The position numbers and the translations under genes were made by a program. Shown here piece after piece: positions 10,183 to 19,820 of a stretch of DNA of 64,000 nt (positions are counted from its first letter, which is position 1; each line of letters begins with the position of its first letter). The notes under the pieces are model-generated. The model worked only from the letters and a program-made list of their open reading frames with translations, had not been told where the DNA came from and searched no databases. Origin of the DNA: Candidatus Latescibacterota bacterium (GTDB lineage: Bacteria; Latescibacterota; UBA2968; UBA8231); assembly GCA_965204725.1 (NCBI GenBank), contig OZ242005.1:3904001-3968000 (forward strand), written 5' to 3'.

Positions 10183-11115
10183 TCATGGGGCTAGCAGCGA
10201 TTTGACCTGTCCCCACGACTGGGCTTCGACGCTCGTAGCAGCCGCGGAAGGGACGACGGGTTGCCAAACGGGATTGCGTCCGCCCAAGCCGTTGGTCAAT
10301 TCGACTAAGTTGCCCCCGTCTATATCAACGGCCCAAATGAGCCTAGTGAGAGAACTGAAAGCCATTCTCATGCTGTTAGGCGACCAAGTAGGGGTAGTCA
10401 TCCAGTTGTTATCGCTCACACATCCATGGGGTAGGCGGTCAGCGGGAGAGTCCCCACAAGTGGCCGGCTGAGGGATGCCAAGAAGGGGGATAACCGAAGG
10501 CTCGACTCCACTGATAGGCCGGAGGAAAATCGAGTGCTCATCTTCCCTAGCATCGCTGATATAAAGGCGGACGATGCTATCTTCGTGCCCTTTTTCCCGC
10601 AACGAGATGATCGCTTCTTTGGTCCCGTCCGGGGAACGACTAGAGTGGTAGTGTGCCGATCGCGAGCCCACGGGCGACGAACCGCTTCCGTCCAGTGCCA
10701 TGACAAACGAATCAATACTGTACCCATCATCCGTAGGCGCACCTAGGACGTCGTAGTAAATGCTACTCCCGTCTTCAGACCATGAAAGACGTATTCTATC
10801 GACCGAATCGTCCGTTAGCGGCTGTGGATTGCCGCCATCGGCGTCCATCAACCAGATCTCCCCACCGTACTGACCATCGGCAAAAACGTCGCCGATATAG
10901 GCGATCTTCGCGCCATCCGGGGACCAAGCCGGGCTGGCGCAATTCTGTCCTTGGGTCAGGTTTACAGGGTCGCTCCCGTCCGCATTCATAATCCACACGT
11001 CTTGGTGCCCCTCGCGGTTGGAGAGAAACGCTATTTTCCCGTCGGCTTGTCCCCAGCCAGCAGCGGTCAACCCCAGCGTTGCCAAGCAGACGCTCAATAA
11101 GAATCGATAGCTCAT
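10183..11115 (-). CDS. Secreted TolB-like/PD40 beta-propeller protein with C-terminal SWGQVK motif (paralog B)
   Basis: N-terminus nearly identical to paralog A, PAWSPDGAKIAY, tail ATSVEAQSWGQVKSLL. Confidence 0.8.
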   Translation of the reverse strand: MSYRFLLSVCLATLGLTAAGWGQADGKIAFLSNREGHQDVWIMNADGSDPVNLTQGQNCASPAWSPDGAKIAYIGDVFADGQYGGEIWLMDADGGNPQPLTDDSVDRIRLSWSEDGSSIYYDVLGAPTDDGYSIDSFVMALDGSGSSPVGSRSAHYHSSRSPDGTKEAIISLREKGHEDSIVRLYISDAREDEHSIFLRPISGVEPSVIPLLGIPQPATCGDSPADRLPHGCVSDNNWMTTPTWSPNSMRMAFSSLTRLIWAVDIDGGNLVELTNGLGGRNPVWQPVVPSAAATSVEAQSWGQVKSLLAP

Positions 11116-11216
11116 AACGCGGCTCCTTTCACAATGTCCTAATAGGACAGGGCGTTGTAGGGTACAAAGTTAGACCCACAGTAGAGCATATCGGTTCCGT
11201 CCGTTTCGGCGGCGCA

Positions 11217-12029
11217 CTAGACGAAATTGACGAAGTCGTGGCGCACCCACAGCAAGTTGATCAGCCCCAGCACAAACCCCGCAATCACCAGCCACTTGAG
11301 ACGGCGGCCGTGCCGACGACCAATGCCGCGCAAGTAGAGATAGATGCCAAAGACGAACCACGTCGGCAGAGCCAGCCAGATTTTGGCATCCCCGCCCGCG
11401 AGGTATTCTCCCGGTGCGCCAAAGAGCCAAATCGCGCCCATGCCCAAGCCCAAGGTAAAGAGCGAAAAACCCCCACCGGCAAAGCGAAAGGTCGCCGCGG
11501 CCGCCGTGTCAAGCGCGGGCAGATAGCTGTTGAGCCGGCCCTTTTTCAGGGCTTGGTGTTGGACGAGGTAGCCGACCGCCGAGCAAAACGCCAGCGCGAA
11601 GCCCACGTGCCCCAGCAGGGTTAGCACCACGTGAATGCCGAGGAAGGGATACTCCACGAGGATCGACTCGGCCTGCTCAAAGCGAATGGGCATTAGCAGC
11701 GGATAGAGCAGGCCGAGAAAGGCGAGGGGCGCGGTCAGCAGCCCGAGATGGCGCAGGCGCGCATAGCGCTCGCCGAGCAGGCCCGCGACCACCAAGGCCA
11801 TGACCAGCGAGGCGATGATGACCAACATGTTGGCGAAAAGGGCTTGGCCGGAGAGCGCGAAGTGCAACGCGATGCTGACGGCGTGTACGGCCAGTCCCAA
11901 CTTCAGGCTCTGGCGTCCGAGCGCGTCCCAGTCGCTTTTGTGCCAGAGGAAGTGCCCTTGAAACAGCAGCGCGGCCGCCAAGTAGAACCCCAAGGCGACG
12001 ACGAGGGAGATAATGCAAAACGTCGTCAC
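11217..12029 (-). CDS. ccsA: Cytochrome c biogenesis CcsA/HemX-like membrane protein
   Basis: About 8 TM helices, IHV motif, LPALD, GAIW...DAK; overlaps the hemA stop (common hemA/ccsA pairing). Confidence 0.8.
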   Translation of the reverse strand: MTTFCIISLVVALGFYLAAALLFQGHFLWHKSDWDALGRQSLKLGLAVHAVSIALHFALSGQALFANMLVIIASLVMALVVAGLLGERYARLRHLGLLTAPLAFLGLLYPLLMPIRFEQAESILVEYPFLGIHVVLTLLGHVGFALAFCSAVGYLVQHQALKKGRLNSYLPALDTAAAATFRFAGGGFSLFTLGLGMGAIWLFGAPGEYLAGGDAKIWLALPTWFVFGIYLYLRGIGRRHGRRLKWLVIAGFVLGLINLLWVRHDFVNFV

Positions 12030-13309
12030 CCCTTTTCCTCCTCGGACTCGGCGTCGAGCCGAAAGAGGCGGCGCACCGTATCGAGGCGGACATACCCCTC
12101 GTCGTCGTTGGCGAATTCGCGGATTTGCACGAGCGGATCGTGCAGGAGCTTGTTGGCGTACCCGCGCAAGATGCGCTCAACGAGCTGGCGGTCCGCCGCG
12201 GAGAGCGGGCCGAGCTGGGCGGTCCAACGCGCGAGTTCCTGCTCTTGGAGCCGAGCGGCCCGCTGGTGCAAGGCGCGGATTAGCGGCCCAGTGCCCAAGG
12301 CATTGAACCAATGCAAAAACCCCTTTAGCTCGTGGTCGATAATGGCTTGCACACAGCGGATCGCTCCCTCGCGCTCTTGGCGATTGGCCGCAACGACTTG
12401 CTCTAGATCGTCCACGTCAAACAGGAAGACGTTGTCGATGGCGCGGCCGGCCGGGTCGATGTCGCGCGGCACGGCAATGTCGATGAGGAACAGCGGGCGT
12501 CCGCGCCGTTGCGCCATGGCCCGGCGCAAGTCAGCGGGCCGGATGACGTAGCCCGTAGCCGCGGTCGCCGAGATGACGATATCGACAGCCGAGAGCCGCT
12601 CGGCTAGCTCCGCAAAGGGCACGGCCTCGCCGCCCAAGCGGCTGGCCAGCGACTCGGAGCGGGCAAAGGTGCGGCTGCTTACCAACAGCCGCTCGACGCC
12701 GGCGTCGATTAAGTACTGAGCCGTGAGCGCGCCCATCTCGCCCGCGCCGACCAAGAGGGCGCAACAGCCCGTCAGGTTTTCAAAGACTTGGCCCGCCAGC
12801 TCGACCGCGGCCGTGCCAATCGACAGCCGGCCGCGGCCAATCTCGGTTTCGGCGCGGGCGCGCTTGCCCACGCGCAACGAGCGCTGGAAAAGCTCGTTGA
12901 GCAACAGGCGTGCCGAGCCGTTTTGCTGGGCAGTCTCCAGCGCCCGACGCACCTGTCCGAGAATCTGCGACTCGCCGACGACGAGGGAGTCAATGCCGCT
13001 GGCGACGCGAAAAAGGTGAATGGCCGCGTCTGAGTCGTTGAGCTGGTAGAAATGCGATTCGAGCGCCTCGACATCTACGCCTTGACATTCGGCGAGAAAG
13101 CGGCGCACCTGCGCCAGCCCGCTATCGCCATCGGCCGCCAAGTATAGCTCGGAGCGGTTGCAGGTGGAGAGAATGGCCGCCTCGTGCAGCCCGTAGTCCC
13201 CGACGAGCCGGGCTAGGGCCGAGGGCTGGTCGCTTTCGGGGAAGGCCAGCCGCTCGCGGATTTCCACGGGCGCGGTGCGGTGATTAATTCCTAAAGTCAG
13301 TATATGCAC
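12026..13309 (-). CDS. hemA: Glutamyl-tRNA reductase
   Basis: GINHRTAPVEIRE, ILSTCNRSE, GESQILGQV, GAGEMG, DIAVPRDI. Confidence 0.97.
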   Translation of the reverse strand: MHILTLGINHRTAPVEIRERLAFPESDQPSALARLVGDYGLHEAAILSTCNRSELYLAADGDSGLAQVRRFLAECQGVDVEALESHFYQLNDSDAAIHLFRVASGIDSLVVGESQILGQVRRALETAQQNGSARLLLNELFQRSLRVGKRARAETEIGRGRLSIGTAAVELAGQVFENLTGCCALLVGAGEMGALTAQYLIDAGVERLLVSSRTFARSESLASRLGGEAVPFAELAERLSAVDIVISATAATGYVIRPADLRRAMAQRRGRPLFLIDIAVPRDIDPAGRAIDNVFLFDVDDLEQVVAANRQEREGAIRCVQAIIDHELKGFLHWFNALGTGPLIRALHQRAARLQEQELARWTAQLGPLSAADRQLVERILRGYANKLLHDPLVQIREFANDDEGYVRLDTVRRLFRLDAESEEEKG

Positions 13310-13378
13310 AACCTCAAAAGTACTTATTTACTATGCTATGGGGAAACTGCGAACCGAACACCCGAAAGGAAGGCGACC

Positions 13379-14242
13379 ATGGTCAAACACCTGCTGGTCG
13401 GTTGGGTGCTCCTAGGCGCGGCGGCCGATGCGGGGGCTGGCGCGTGGACTTTGCCGCAAGGCCAGTTCTGGGGCAAGCTCACGTATTTTCAGCAGCGCAC
13501 GCAGGAGTGGTACGTCGGCAAGGGCCGCTTTGGCGCGCCCGGCACCCGCGCCCGCTACGACCTAGACGGACAATACGAATCGCAAGCCATCTTTTTCGAG
13601 GGCCTCTACGGCGTCACCGACCGCCTAGACCTCGGCTTACAGGTTCCTTATTTCGACCAATCCTTTGCCAACGCCGCGTTTGCCGAACCCCGCGTGGCTA
13701 CCGGCCTAAGCGACATCCGCGCCTTGGCCAAGTTGCGCCTCTTGGCCCAGCCCCTAGTCCTCGCGCTCAAGGCCGGCGTCAAGATGCCGACCGGAGCATT
13801 CAAAAACGAAGACGGGCTGATCCCGGTGGGCGAAGGCCAATGGGATTTCGACTTGGTCGGGCAGGTGGGGCGCTCCTTTTGGCCGTGGCCCTTGTACGGC
13901 AACATGGACCTCGGCTATCGCGTCCGCACCCGCAACGAGCAAATCGCCCGCGACCCCGGCGACGAGTGGTTCCTCAACGCCGAGCTGGGCTACCAACTCG
14001 CACGTCCGCTCATGCTGCTGGGCAAATGCGAGGTGGTCCGTAGCGCACCCGCGGTCGTCTTCGGCGGTATTGAAGCCGAGATCAAGCGCATCACTTACCT
14101 GACACCGGCCCTGCTCTACACCATCGGCCGGCGCACGGTGATCGAGGCGGCGGTGCGCTTCTCGCTCAATGGGCGCAATTTTCCGGCCGGTCGGCAGCTC
14201 GTCTTGGGGTTGGCAACGACGTTGGGAAAAGGCGGGGGCTAG
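13379..14242 (+). CDS. Secreted/outer-membrane beta-barrel-like protein (MetA-pathway/transporter-like)
   Basis: Signal peptide followed by AGAWTLPQG, YGVTDRL, GLSDI, K.PTG, G.GQWD; alternating amphipathic strands; RBS GAAAGGAAGG. Confidence 0.55.
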   Translation: MVKHLLVGWVLLGAAADAGAGAWTLPQGQFWGKLTYFQQRTQEWYVGKGRFGAPGTRARYDLDGQYESQAIFFEGLYGVTDRLDLGLQVPYFDQSFANAAFAEPRVATGLSDIRALAKLRLLAQPLVLALKAGVKMPTGAFKNEDGLIPVGEGQWDFDLVGQVGRSFWPWPLYGNMDLGYRVRTRNEQIARDPGDEWFLNAELGYQLARPLMLLGKCEVVRSAPAVVFGGIEAEIKRITYLTPALLYTIGRRTVIEAAVRFSLNGRNFPAGRQLVLGLATTLGKGGG

Positions 14243-15909
14243 CGGCGCAGCTTGGCCAAGCGCTCTTGGATGGCCGCAGCCATGGCCGGCCGCTGGCGCA
14301 CGACCGCGTCGAAGTGGGGTTTGGCCTCGGCCGAGCGGCCCAGCATCTCCAACACCAATCCCAAGTTGAAATGCGCCTCGGCAAAATCGGGGTTGCTCTG
14401 CAAGGCCCGTTCAAAGTGGGCGATGGCGCGATCCCATTGGCGGCCTCGGGCCAAGGCGATGCCAAAGTTCACGTGAGCCTCCGGGTACTCCGGGTTGTAT
14501 TCGAGCGCCCGCTCAAAATGCTCTAGGGCCAACGGACGCTGGCCGGAGCGCGTGTAGAACATGGCCAAGGTGTGGTGGGTATCCCAGTCTTGGGGCGCGG
14601 CTTCGAGCAGTTTCTTGTAGCCGTCGATTTCCTGCCCCAGCCACTTGCGGTAGAAGTCGCGGCGGAGCCGATCTAAGTCCTCGGGGCGGCGCGGCAAAAT
14701 TTGCAGCGTTAGGTCGCCCATCTCGTCGGTCGAGTGCAGCCCATAGCGCACCCGCACGGGCGGGTCATGGGGTTGGCGGGGGTTTTGCGCGGAGTTGTCG
14801 TACGCGTATTCCATGACCAGCGTCGAGCCCGCCGGCAAGAACACCGGCGGCGAGAAGCGGTAGTCGTCCTGCCAGCTAAAGTCCCAGTCCTCAATCCATA
14901 TAAGCCACTCCCGCTCTTGGTTGGGCAACTCGGCGTACGCTTGGATTTCCCGGCCGAGATAATGGGCGTGTGGGTAGATGGTCAGGACCTCGACATCTAC
15001 GGGCAGCCGGTACGCATCGCGGATCCAATGGTCGCTCGCGCCGGCCGGTATATCTAGGTCCTTGCGGCCCAAGCGCAGCATGGCCGGGCGTCTCTTGGGC
15101 GGCCCATCGGCAAAGAACAGGCCGACCTGAGCCTCAATGGACTCTTCCTTGCCAGTGGGTAACAGGTGCAACTGGAGCAGCAAGTCCGTGCCCGGATCGA
15201 GCCGCCAAGCCAAGCTGTCGCTGCCCGGGTATGGGGTCTTGCCTTGAGTCCAACCGAGAAAGTGCCCATCGGCGTCCTCGGCCTCGCCAAAGCTCATGCC
15301 GTCAAAGCCCGGGGTGCCGTCGCGCCCGTCGCGCCGCCGCGCTGCGCCGCTGCGATCGATCATCATGGTGGCGTGGTGAACGATGCGCGCGTTGCCCGGC
15401 CTAAACTCTAGGGCCTTGACGTAGCGAGTGGAGTCAACGGGCAGTGGGATGGCAAAGTTGCGAAAGACATCTGGGCCGTCGGCCCGCAGGGTGTAGGCCG
15501 AGGTCATGGCGGCGATCAAATCGGGCTGGCCCAGTTCCCACTCGCCCTCCCACTGGGGCCGCGGCGGCCGGTCGGCGGCATGGCCCTCCGGCTGGCCGTG
15601 GTCAACCCAGCGGCGGATCGCGGCGATCTGCTCGGCACTCAACCCGCGCTCGCCGACAAAGCGACCATAGCCGCGCCTAGGCTTCCACGGCGGCATGTAG
15701 CGGCTCTCGGTGACAAAGGCGATTTGCTCGGCGCGGGCGCGTACATCCGCATAGCGGAGCAAATCAAAGGGGGCCGGGCCGGCCGGCCGGTGGCAGGGGG
15801 CGCAGTGCTGAAAGACTATGGGTGCAATGTCGCGGTTGAAGGTCGGGACTTCCTCGCCGCCACTGCATCCAAAGCAGGCCACAACCCACAACACCCAAGA
15901 GCGCGTCAT
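14239..15909 (-). CDS. Lipoprotein: heme c domain, copper type II (PHM/DBH-like) monooxygenase domains and TPR repeats
   Basis: Lipobox FGC, CAPCH, YMPPW, IVHHA, QLH, YPHAH, WDFSWQ, DEMG; C-terminal TPRs (ALEYNPEYPEAHVNFG). Confidence 0.8.
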   Translation of the reverse strand: MTRSWVLWVVACFGCSGGEEVPTFNRDIAPIVFQHCAPCHRPAGPAPFDLLRYADVRARAEQIAFVTESRYMPPWKPRRGYGRFVGERGLSAEQIAAIRRWVDHGQPEGHAADRPPRPQWEGEWELGQPDLIAAMTSAYTLRADGPDVFRNFAIPLPVDSTRYVKALEFRPGNARIVHHATMMIDRSGAARRRDGRDGTPGFDGMSFGEAEDADGHFLGWTQGKTPYPGSDSLAWRLDPGTDLLLQLHLLPTGKEESIEAQVGLFFADGPPKRRPAMLRLGRKDLDIPAGASDHWIRDAYRLPVDVEVLTIYPHAHYLGREIQAYAELPNQEREWLIWIEDWDFSWQDDYRFSPPVFLPAGSTLVMEYAYDNSAQNPRQPHDPPVRVRYGLHSTDEMGDLTLQILPRRPEDLDRLRRDFYRKWLGQEIDGYKKLLEAAPQDWDTHHTLAMFYTRSGQRPLALEHFERALEYNPEYPEAHVNFGIALARGRQWDRAIAHFERALQSNPDFAEAHFNLGLVLEMLGRSAEAKPHFDAVVRQRPAMAAAIQERLAKLRR

Positions 15910-16454
15910 TGCAGGTCGGCGATAAAGCAGCCAATCGCCTCGGTGGCGCTCGGGTCCGGGGGGCGACCCGCGAGGGCGGCCTCTATGGCGTTTGCGAGGT
16001 CGTTCCGGGTCGGCTGGGGGCGCACTTGGTCGAAGGCGGCGTAGCGGTCGTCAATGCGGCCCCGATAGAGGATGTTGCCGCGCACCCCTAACACCACGGC
16101 TTCTGGGGTCGCGGTCGCGCCGACTCTTTTGACGAGGGCGTGCTGCACATCCCGCAGGGCTTGGCCCGGCAGTCCATATTCTCGGCCGTGGCGGCGGATG
16201 GCATCCGCGTCCTCGCGGCGGTCCGGGTATATCAAGTAGAACGCAACGCCTTGTGGCTGGAAGCGGGCGTGGAGACGCGCTATGGTCGGGGCGTAGCGGT
16301 TGGAGATGGGGCAATCGGTCTGGACGAAGAGCAAAACCGCCACGGAAGCGCGGTTGACAAAGGGATCGACCGAATGGCCGGCCAAGTCTAGGGCTTGGGG
16401 GGGATCGGCGCGGCAGCCCACCAGCAGCAGCGATGCGAGCATAGCTAAGATCAT
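15906..16454 (-). CDS. Redoxin (AhpC/TSA-like thioredoxin-fold) lipoprotein
   Basis: Lipobox LVGC, DCPISNRY, GATATPEAVV, YRGRIDD, AIGC; overlaps the start of the downstream gene by 4 nt. Confidence 0.82.
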   Translation of the reverse strand: MILAMLASLLLVGCRADPPQALDLAGHSVDPFVNRASVAVLLFVQTDCPISNRYAPTIARLHARFQPQGVAFYLIYPDRREDADAIRRHGREYGLPGQALRDVQHALVKRVGATATPEAVVLGVRGNILYRGRIDDRYAAFDQVRPQPTRNDLANAIEAALAGRPPDPSATEAIGCFIADLQ

Positions 16455-16554
16455 AAAACAAGAAAACGGATATTGGACGCCGTCGGCAAGACGACCACTG
16501 TGCGCGTTTTTAATTACGCCGGGAACGCCTTTGGCCCTTACATTGTCTAACAGT

Positions 16555-16665
16555 ATGGCGACCTCAAAGGCCATGGAAAGCATCCTCACCGCCGAGCAGC
16601 GCGAAAAGCTCGAAATGCTCAAGGACGAGGCGTTTTACGGCGGCCAGTACGGACTCAGGTGGTAA
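16555..16665 (+). pseudogene. Short ORF or relic with an LTxxQ (Spy/CpxP-like) motif
   Basis: MATSKAMESILTAEQREKLEMLK resembles the C-terminus of LTXXQ proteins; no signal peptide. Confidence 0.3.
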
Positions 16666-16803
16666 GCGGCAGACTCGGAGGCGGTGCGACCGCCCGCCAG
16701 CAGGAATTGGCGGCCAGTACCCGATTTGGCAGAGCCTCCTTGTTCTAAGTATCTTTTGCCATCCGCTACCAACTTTTCACAACCATACCTCCTCAGAGCT
16801 GCT

Positions 16804-17646
16804 ATGATAATCGACTCGCATACCCACGCTTGGGAATACTGGCCTTACGAGCCGCCCGTGCCCGATCACAACAGCCGCGGCCGGGCCGAGCAACTCTTGT
16901 GGGAAATGGACCGCAACGGCGTCGATAAGGCCGTGCTGGTCTGCGCCCGCATTGAGCACAATCCCCACAACAACGACTACGTCGCCGAACAAGTCCGCGC
17001 TTACCCAAATCGCTTGGTGCAATTCGCCGACGTGGACTGTTCGTGGTCGGAGGAATACCACACCTCAGGCGCGGCCGAGCGGCTCAAAGCGGCCGCGGCA
17101 AAGTACCAGCTCAAGGGCTACACTCATTACGTCAAAGGCGATACCGAGTGGTTCGCGTCCGCAGACGGGCTGTCGTTTTTCAGCGCGACCGCCGATCTGA
17201 ACCTGATCGCCAGCCTAGCCTTGGGGCCGCAGTGGCAGCCGGCGTTGCGCGAGTTGGCGCGGCACTTTCCATCGGTGACCTTTCTCTGTCACCATCTGGC
17301 CGGGGCCAATGCGCGCGAGGAAGCACCGCACCCCAACTTGCAGGAGATTTTGCGCTCGGCCGAGGTGCCCAACATCTACATCAAGCTCTCGGGCTTTCAC
17401 TACGCCTCGCACGTCTCGTGGGATTACCCCTACTCGGATACGCATCACATCGTGCGCCAGCTATACGAGCACTTTGGCCCCCAGCGGCTGTGCTGGGGCT
17501 CGGATTACCCGGTCGTGCGCTTCAACATGACCTACCAGCACGCGCTCGAAGCATTCCGCACGCACTGCACGTTCATACCAGACGAACACAAGCACCTGAT
17601 CTTGGGTCAGAACTTGGCCGGTCTGATCGACCAAGCCGGCGCTTGA
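16804..17646 (+). CDS. Amidohydrolase family 2 protein
   Basis: IIDSHTH, CHHLAG, IKLSG, LCWGSDYP. Confidence 0.9.
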   Translation: MIIDSHTHAWEYWPYEPPVPDHNSRGRAEQLLWEMDRNGVDKAVLVCARIEHNPHNNDYVAEQVRAYPNRLVQFADVDCSWSEEYHTSGAAERLKAAAAKYQLKGYTHYVKGDTEWFASADGLSFFSATADLNLIASLALGPQWQPALRELARHFPSVTFLCHHLAGANAREEAPHPNLQEILRSAEVPNIYIKLSGFHYASHVSWDYPYSDTHHIVRQLYEHFGPQRLCWGSDYPVVRFNMTYQHALEAFRTHCTFIPDEHKHLILGQNLAGLIDQAGA

Positions 17647-19031
17647 TCGCTTTCGCCGAGGACCGCACCATTCGCCGCTACTTGCTCCTATACGCGATTT
17701 TCGTCGGCTGTAGTTCCGACGGCCCAGGGCCGGTCCAAACGACCGGGCACGAGGCAGACTCGACTTGGGATCTCATCCAAACGAAAATTTTCGCCGGCCA
17801 ATGCGTTAGCTGCCACACGGCCGGGTCCTCGTTTGGCCGTCAGTCCGGGCTCGTGCTCACTCCAGACGTGGCCTACGAACAGCTCGTGGGGGCCGCTCCG
17901 ACGAACGCGGCCGCGCGGGCCGACGGGCTGCTGCGGGTCAGCGACCTCGGGGCGGGCATGCCCGGCCTCCTCAAAAGCTATTTGTGGGAGAAGATCAACG
18001 CGCCCGACCAGCAGCACTTCTACGGCGACCATCCTTACTACGGGGAGATAATGCCCTTTGGCGGCAAGCCGCTGACCAACGGCGAGTTGGCTTTTATCCG
18101 CGCTTGGATCGAGGCGGGCGCACCGGAGACGGGTCACGTGGCCGACGTAGCCCTGTTGGAGGACGAGTCGCGCTACGAGGTGCCGGAGTTCAAGCCCTTG
18201 TCCGAGCCGGAAAACGGCGTCCAGCTACACTTGCCGCCTTTTGAGATCCAGCCCAACTCCGAGCGCGAGATCTTTGTAGTCCATCCGCTGAACAACCCAG
18301 ACGATGTATTCCTAGAGCGCGTCCAGATCGCCATGAAGGCTGGCTCGCACCACTTCCTACTCTACACCTTTGAAGACGACATACCCCCGGCGGTCCTACC
18401 GGAACCCTACGAATACCGCGACTTGCACGACGGCGCCGGCCAGTACGTCTTTGAAACCTTGCGCACGCAACTTTACCACCTGCCAATCGCCGGCAGCCAA
18501 TGGCCTTTCTTCGATTTTTCCCTGCCGCCCGGCGTGGCCATGCGGCTGCCCAAAAACACCCTGCTCGACCTCAACTCGCACTATGTCAATCGCACCAGTC
18601 AGCCCGTTACCGGCGAGGTCTATACCAACTTGCACTTTGCCGACCCATCGGCGGTAGAGCACGAGGCGCGTCTTCTTTCTTTGAACAATTTTTCGATCTC
18701 CTTGCCGGCCGAGAAGGTAACGACCCTAGAGAAGGATTTTATCTTCTCCGAGCGGACCCACATTGTGCAGCTCGTCTCACACGCTCATCGGCTCATGGTA
18801 GAATTTCGGGCCGAAATGATCGGGGGCGCGCACGATGGCGAGCTGATCTACGTCGCTTACGACTGGGAACACCCGCCGATTCTGAGGTTCGACCCGCCGC
18901 TCGTCCTAGAGCGAGGAGAGGGCTTCCGCTTGGAAACGACCTACGACAACTGGACCGACCAAGAGGTCAATTTCGGTTTGTTGTCAACGGACGAGATGAT
19001 GATTCTCTTTGGGATGTACTACGAGGAATAA
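17643..19031 (+). CDS. Lipoprotein: heme c domain and copper type II (PHM/DBH-like) monooxygenase domains
   Basis: TTG start overlapping the upstream stop, lipobox VGC, CVSCH, IMPFGG..IRAWIEAGAP, GSHHF, NSHY, SHAH, DEMM; the 17043 ORF start is a spurious extension. Confidence 0.78.
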   Translation: MIAFAEDRTIRRYLLLYAIFVGCSSDGPGPVQTTGHEADSTWDLIQTKIFAGQCVSCHTAGSSFGRQSGLVLTPDVAYEQLVGAAPTNAAARADGLLRVSDLGAGMPGLLKSYLWEKINAPDQQHFYGDHPYYGEIMPFGGKPLTNGELAFIRAWIEAGAPETGHVADVALLEDESRYEVPEFKPLSEPENGVQLHLPPFEIQPNSEREIFVVHPLNNPDDVFLERVQIAMKAGSHHFLLYTFEDDIPPAVLPEPYEYRDLHDGAGQYVFETLRTQLYHLPIAGSQWPFFDFSLPPGVAMRLPKNTLLDLNSHYVNRTSQPVTGEVYTNLHFADPSAVEHEARLLSLNNFSISLPAEKVTTLEKDFIFSERTHIVQLVSHAHRLMVEFRAEMIGGAHDGELIYVAYDWEHPPILRFDPPLVLERGEGFRLETTYDNWTDQEVNFGLLSTDEMMILFGMYYEE

Positions 19032-19057
19032 CGAATATCAGACGCCGCAAGGGACGC

Positions 19058-19106
19058 AAAAAAGGCGCGAAGAGCACGCATTTCCCGTGCTTCGCGCCTT
19101 TTTTTT
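19058..19106. terminator. Bidirectional rho-independent terminator
   Basis: A6-GGCGCGAAGAGCACG...CGTGCTTCGCGCC-T8 hairpin between convergent genes. Confidence 0.8.
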
Positions 19107-19121
19107 CGGCTAGGACAGCGG

Positions 19122-19775
19122 TTAGTACATGTGCGGCTGCACGGCGAGGGCGAGCGACGCTTCAATATCCCATATAGCCTTTATCACCTCTTGGCCAATC
19201 AAGTCTAGCTTGCGCACCTGTTCGATGCGCCCGGTCGCCCGGGCTAGCTCGCGGTTGGCCAAGAGCTTTTCAAAAATTCCACAGGCATCCGCCAAGCAGA
19301 TAATGACCACGTCGCGGGGGTCGGGAATTTTCTCGCTGAACAGCACCTCCATGATGCGCAGCTTGACCTCTAGCTCGGCCTTGCCATCGATGGCCGGATA
19401 GCGCCGCGAGCGAAAGACCCACAGGAAGCGCTCGTCCTCGCGCGCGAGAATGCCTTTTTGCACCAACCGGCGGAGCGCGCCCTCGCGGATGTCGCCGGCG
19501 CGCTCGGCCGCGCACTCTAGCCAGTAGCGGGTATCGTGCGTCTCGGTCGCCACGGCAATCTCGTTTAGCATCGGGTCGAGCAGGCTATCTTGCAGGGGGG
19601 TGCTATCGACGAGAATCAGCTTGTCCAGATCGGTGTCTATGCGGTCTTCGAGCGCCAACTCCATCAGGACCCCGCCGCCCAAGGCGTACCGCACCAACCG
19701 GTCGGGCACTCGGACAAAGCTCCCATCTTCATCGTCGAGCAAAAGAAGCATGATTTCTTCGGCGAATCTCAGCAT
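19122..19775 (-). CDS. GPP34/GOLPH3/VPS74 family protein
   Basis: LRFAEEIMLLLLDD, GGVLMELALEDRI, LVQKGIL..FLWVF.SRRYP. Confidence 0.85.
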   Translation of the reverse strand: MLRFAEEIMLLLLDDEDGSFVRVPDRLVRYALGGGVLMELALEDRIDTDLDKLILVDSTPLQDSLLDPMLNEIAVATETHDTRYWLECAAERAGDIREGALRRLVQKGILAREDERFLWVFRSRRYPAIDGKAELEVKLRIMEVLFSEKIPDPRDVVIICLADACGIFEKLLANRELARATGRIEQVRKLDLIGQEVIKAIWDIEASLALAVQPHMY

Positions 19776-19820
19776 ATCTTTCCCTTTAGGCTCGGTGTTA
19801 TGGTTTCCCCTCTCCCGCGT

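Noticed and set aside
17043-17642. 200 aa N-terminal extension of the 662 aa ORF
   Set aside because: Overlaps the amidohydrolase in another frame with Arg/Gly-rich shadow composition; the real start is near the lipoprotein signal at 17643
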